Shown here one piece after another: positions 62,710 through 64,000 of a stretch of DNA of 64,000 nt. The stretch's first letter is position 1. Each line of letters starts with the position of its first letter. The position numbers were made by a program, and so were the translations under genes. The notes under the pieces are model-generated. The model saw only the letters and a program-made list of their open reading frames with translations. It made no database searches and was not told the DNA's origin. Source of the stretch: Octopus bimaculoides (lineage: Eukaryota); NCBI RefSeq assembly GCF_001194135.2, contig NC_068989.1, forward strand, positions 69,281,170-69,345,169, written 5' to 3'.

Positions 62710-62900
62710 TTTCAAACCTGGGTTCTCATTCCTAAGGTATTTTTCGAATGAGAACCCAAGTTTGAAATTTCCCCAAGACACCTGATGAAGGCTGGAGGGT
62801 ATATCAGCCGAAATGTTGTGTTAACAACAAACAAGATGAGGACAAATATCCGTCAAATGTAAATAATGTACATAATTCCTCATCTCTTGAATATAGAACT
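62710..62900 (+). mobile_element. Penelope-like element terminal repeat fragment with an inverted 5' piece and a hammerhead-like motif
   Basis: 22-bp inverted repeat (62710-62731 / 62746-62767), then GACAC-CTGATGA-A-GGCTG...CAGCC-GAAA-TGTT-GTGTT. The family assignment comes from recalled architecture. Confidence 0.6.
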
Positions 62901-63589
62901 GTGTAGAGAGATTTGATCAAATGTGAAAAGGTATTTAGTCTGGTGGCCTACAGTTTTTACCAACCCAGGGTACTTTTTTTTTTTTTTTTTTTTTGTTGCC
63001 TGAAAATAATATTGTAAAAGTGTTTTGGAATAAAAATGAAATTTCCAAGAAAGAATGCAATTAAGAGTATCATTAAAACTGTCACTGTTGTTATAATAAA
63101 TTTCAAAGCATCGTTTCCATTACATCATTAAATGCAATGATATTGAAATACACTTGCAACAGAGCCTCAACAACAACAACAATAATATGATCTCCTCTAT
63201 CAAATGAACTGTAATAATTCAAAATTGAAATGAGAAAATCTAATCCCTTTTCAGATTCTCCATAGTGAAGTAGCATGGTTATTTTTGGTGATGTGTTTGT
63301 TCTTTCCTTTCAAGTAATTAGGTTCTTGTGACAGGGCCAAAAGAAGGGTCATATATCAGAGCATTAATCTTTTACTGGAAATAACCTCAACAGAAGATTA
63401 TACTGGATCTCTTATTTAATCTGTGGAAATTAGTTTCTTTTAATAAATTTAAATCTCTTTTAATTAACTGCTTCAAATTTTGTCACATGACCATCAATTT
63501 GGAGGGGAGGAGCAAGTCGTTTACATTGACTTCAGTACTTGACTGGTCCTTTATTTTACCAACTGTAACAATACTCCCAGTTCACCACC

Positions 63590-63592
<3 letters not shown>

Positions 63593-63626
<34 letters not shown>

Positions 63627-64000
63627 TAATAGCCTGGATGCATACCAGGCATTGGCTATACCCGGATGCATACTAGGCAGTGGTTCTCATGGCTTCTGAT
63701 CTTAATTGATTGGAAGTGTTATCATGTACATTGTTTTGTCTTGGTATAAAAAGATGGGCTACAGCAAATATTCTGCTTAATACCACAGATTTGCTTGCCA
63801 GTTGTTTGACCTTAACCAGTTGAGCATGTCTCTTGGTGGCTGACGATATGTGCATCTCTGATCATAAACAGAAGTAGTGGGTGAGCATCGTAGCCATGTG
63901 TTGAGAGGAATTCTTTGGGGTTTGAACAATTCACCTTTGGAAACATGGATATTTTGTTTTCAACATCCTTAAACAAACCTTATTCAGGGACCTTTTGAGC
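63593..64000 (-). mobile_element. 3' end of a non-LTR-type interspersed repeat with (ATT)n tail, running off the window
   Basis: An (AAT)n run on the plus strand abuts a balanced-composition repeat body. The family was not determined. Confidence 0.5.

Overview
AT-rich, repeat-dense eukaryotic (animal) genomic DNA. The SINE, RTE and MITE content looks like an octopus or other coleoid cephalopod; this is inference from recalled repeat families, not a database match. Two spliced protein-coding genes sit head-to-head around a CpG-richer interval at about 41-43 kb. (1) UVRAG, minus strand: six coding exons (40780-40836, 13947-14067, 9050-9084, 3396-3459, 1866-1960, 713-805) splice in frame to the first 155 aa (C2-domain region), and the gene continues beyond the window start. 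The first coding intron is 26.7 kb, and one intron (1961-3395) is a U12-type minor intron. (2) LAMTOR4, plus strand: complete 95-aa CDS in three exons (48173-48250, 51134-51248, 54325-54419). The rest is intronic or intergenic and holds three decayed Tc1/mariner-superfamily transposons, RTE and other LINE remnants, tRNA-derived SINEs, MITEs, microsatellites, a U6 snRNA pseudogene, a Penelope-like terminus with a minimal hammerhead motif, two local inverted duplications and two assembly gaps. Nearly all ORFs in the supplied track are spurious or TE-derived. No prokaryote-type systems (CRISPR, operons) are present.
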